DNA from: Syncephalis fuscata S228 | Lineage: Eukaryota; Fungi; Zoopagomycota | Length of the DNA stretch: 64,000 bases | Reading direction: 5' to 3' | Assembly: GCA_025786725.1 (NCBI GenBank) | Contig: JAHLTZ010000015.1 | Location: forward strand, 1 to 64,000 | Shown: one piece after another, positions 63,933-64,000 of the stretch | Layout: the number at the start of each line of letters is the position of its first letter | Position numbering within the stretch: the stretch's first letter is position 1 | The notes under the pieces: generated by a model | Databases searched by the model: none | Told to the model about the DNA's origin: nothing | Seen by the model: only the letters and a program-made list of their open reading frames with translations | Program-made: the position numbers and the translations under genes

Positions 63933-64000
63933 ATGTCCTCTGGAATGCATGTCGATAATGAGCCAGCACCGGCTCCAGAGAATTGCTATAACCTTAGTTA
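63933..64000 (+). CDS. Possible 5' end of a gene running off the window
   Basis: ATG then an open frame MSSGMHVDNEPAPAPENCYNLS to the window edge; no motif recognised. Confidence 0.3.
   Translation, partial: MSSGMHVDNEPAPAPENCYNLS

Overview
Intron-rich, AT-rich eukaryotic DNA with short (about 50-100 nt) GT-AG introns and Zn(II)2Cys6 factors, so it is fungal. An early-diverging lineage such as Zoopagomycota or Mucoromycota is my inference only. The most unusual locus is at 614-2426 (+), where the ORF track shows nothing. A signal-peptide exon ending in a dibasic RR site is followed by 20 consecutive exons of exactly 3 nt, separated by related introns of about 80 nt. Spliced together they read through without a stop as MKLSIAVVCTIVMAFVAATSMVDASPALARR-DPYLQFTPASPRRHTRNAVI*, and every codon of the mature peptide is split across an intron. 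Next comes a compact block (3.5-24.7 kb): SMARCC/Swi3-like subunit, SLC35F5-like transporter, NDUFA12, Rab7, a secreted kinase-like protein, YOP1, Sac-family phosphatase, gamma-tubulin complex subunit, LSM2 and TAD3. A 29-kb array of five Zn2Cys6 transcription factors follows, with a 1.4-kb direct repeat, a long inverted repeat and CGG palindromes. The right end holds a decayed MULE transposase, an alpha/beta hydrolase, an ASA1-like WD40 protein, a dual-specificity phosphatase and a WW protein. Seven single-base deletions in otherwise intact genes look like assembly errors. All gene models were read by eye with no transcript data.
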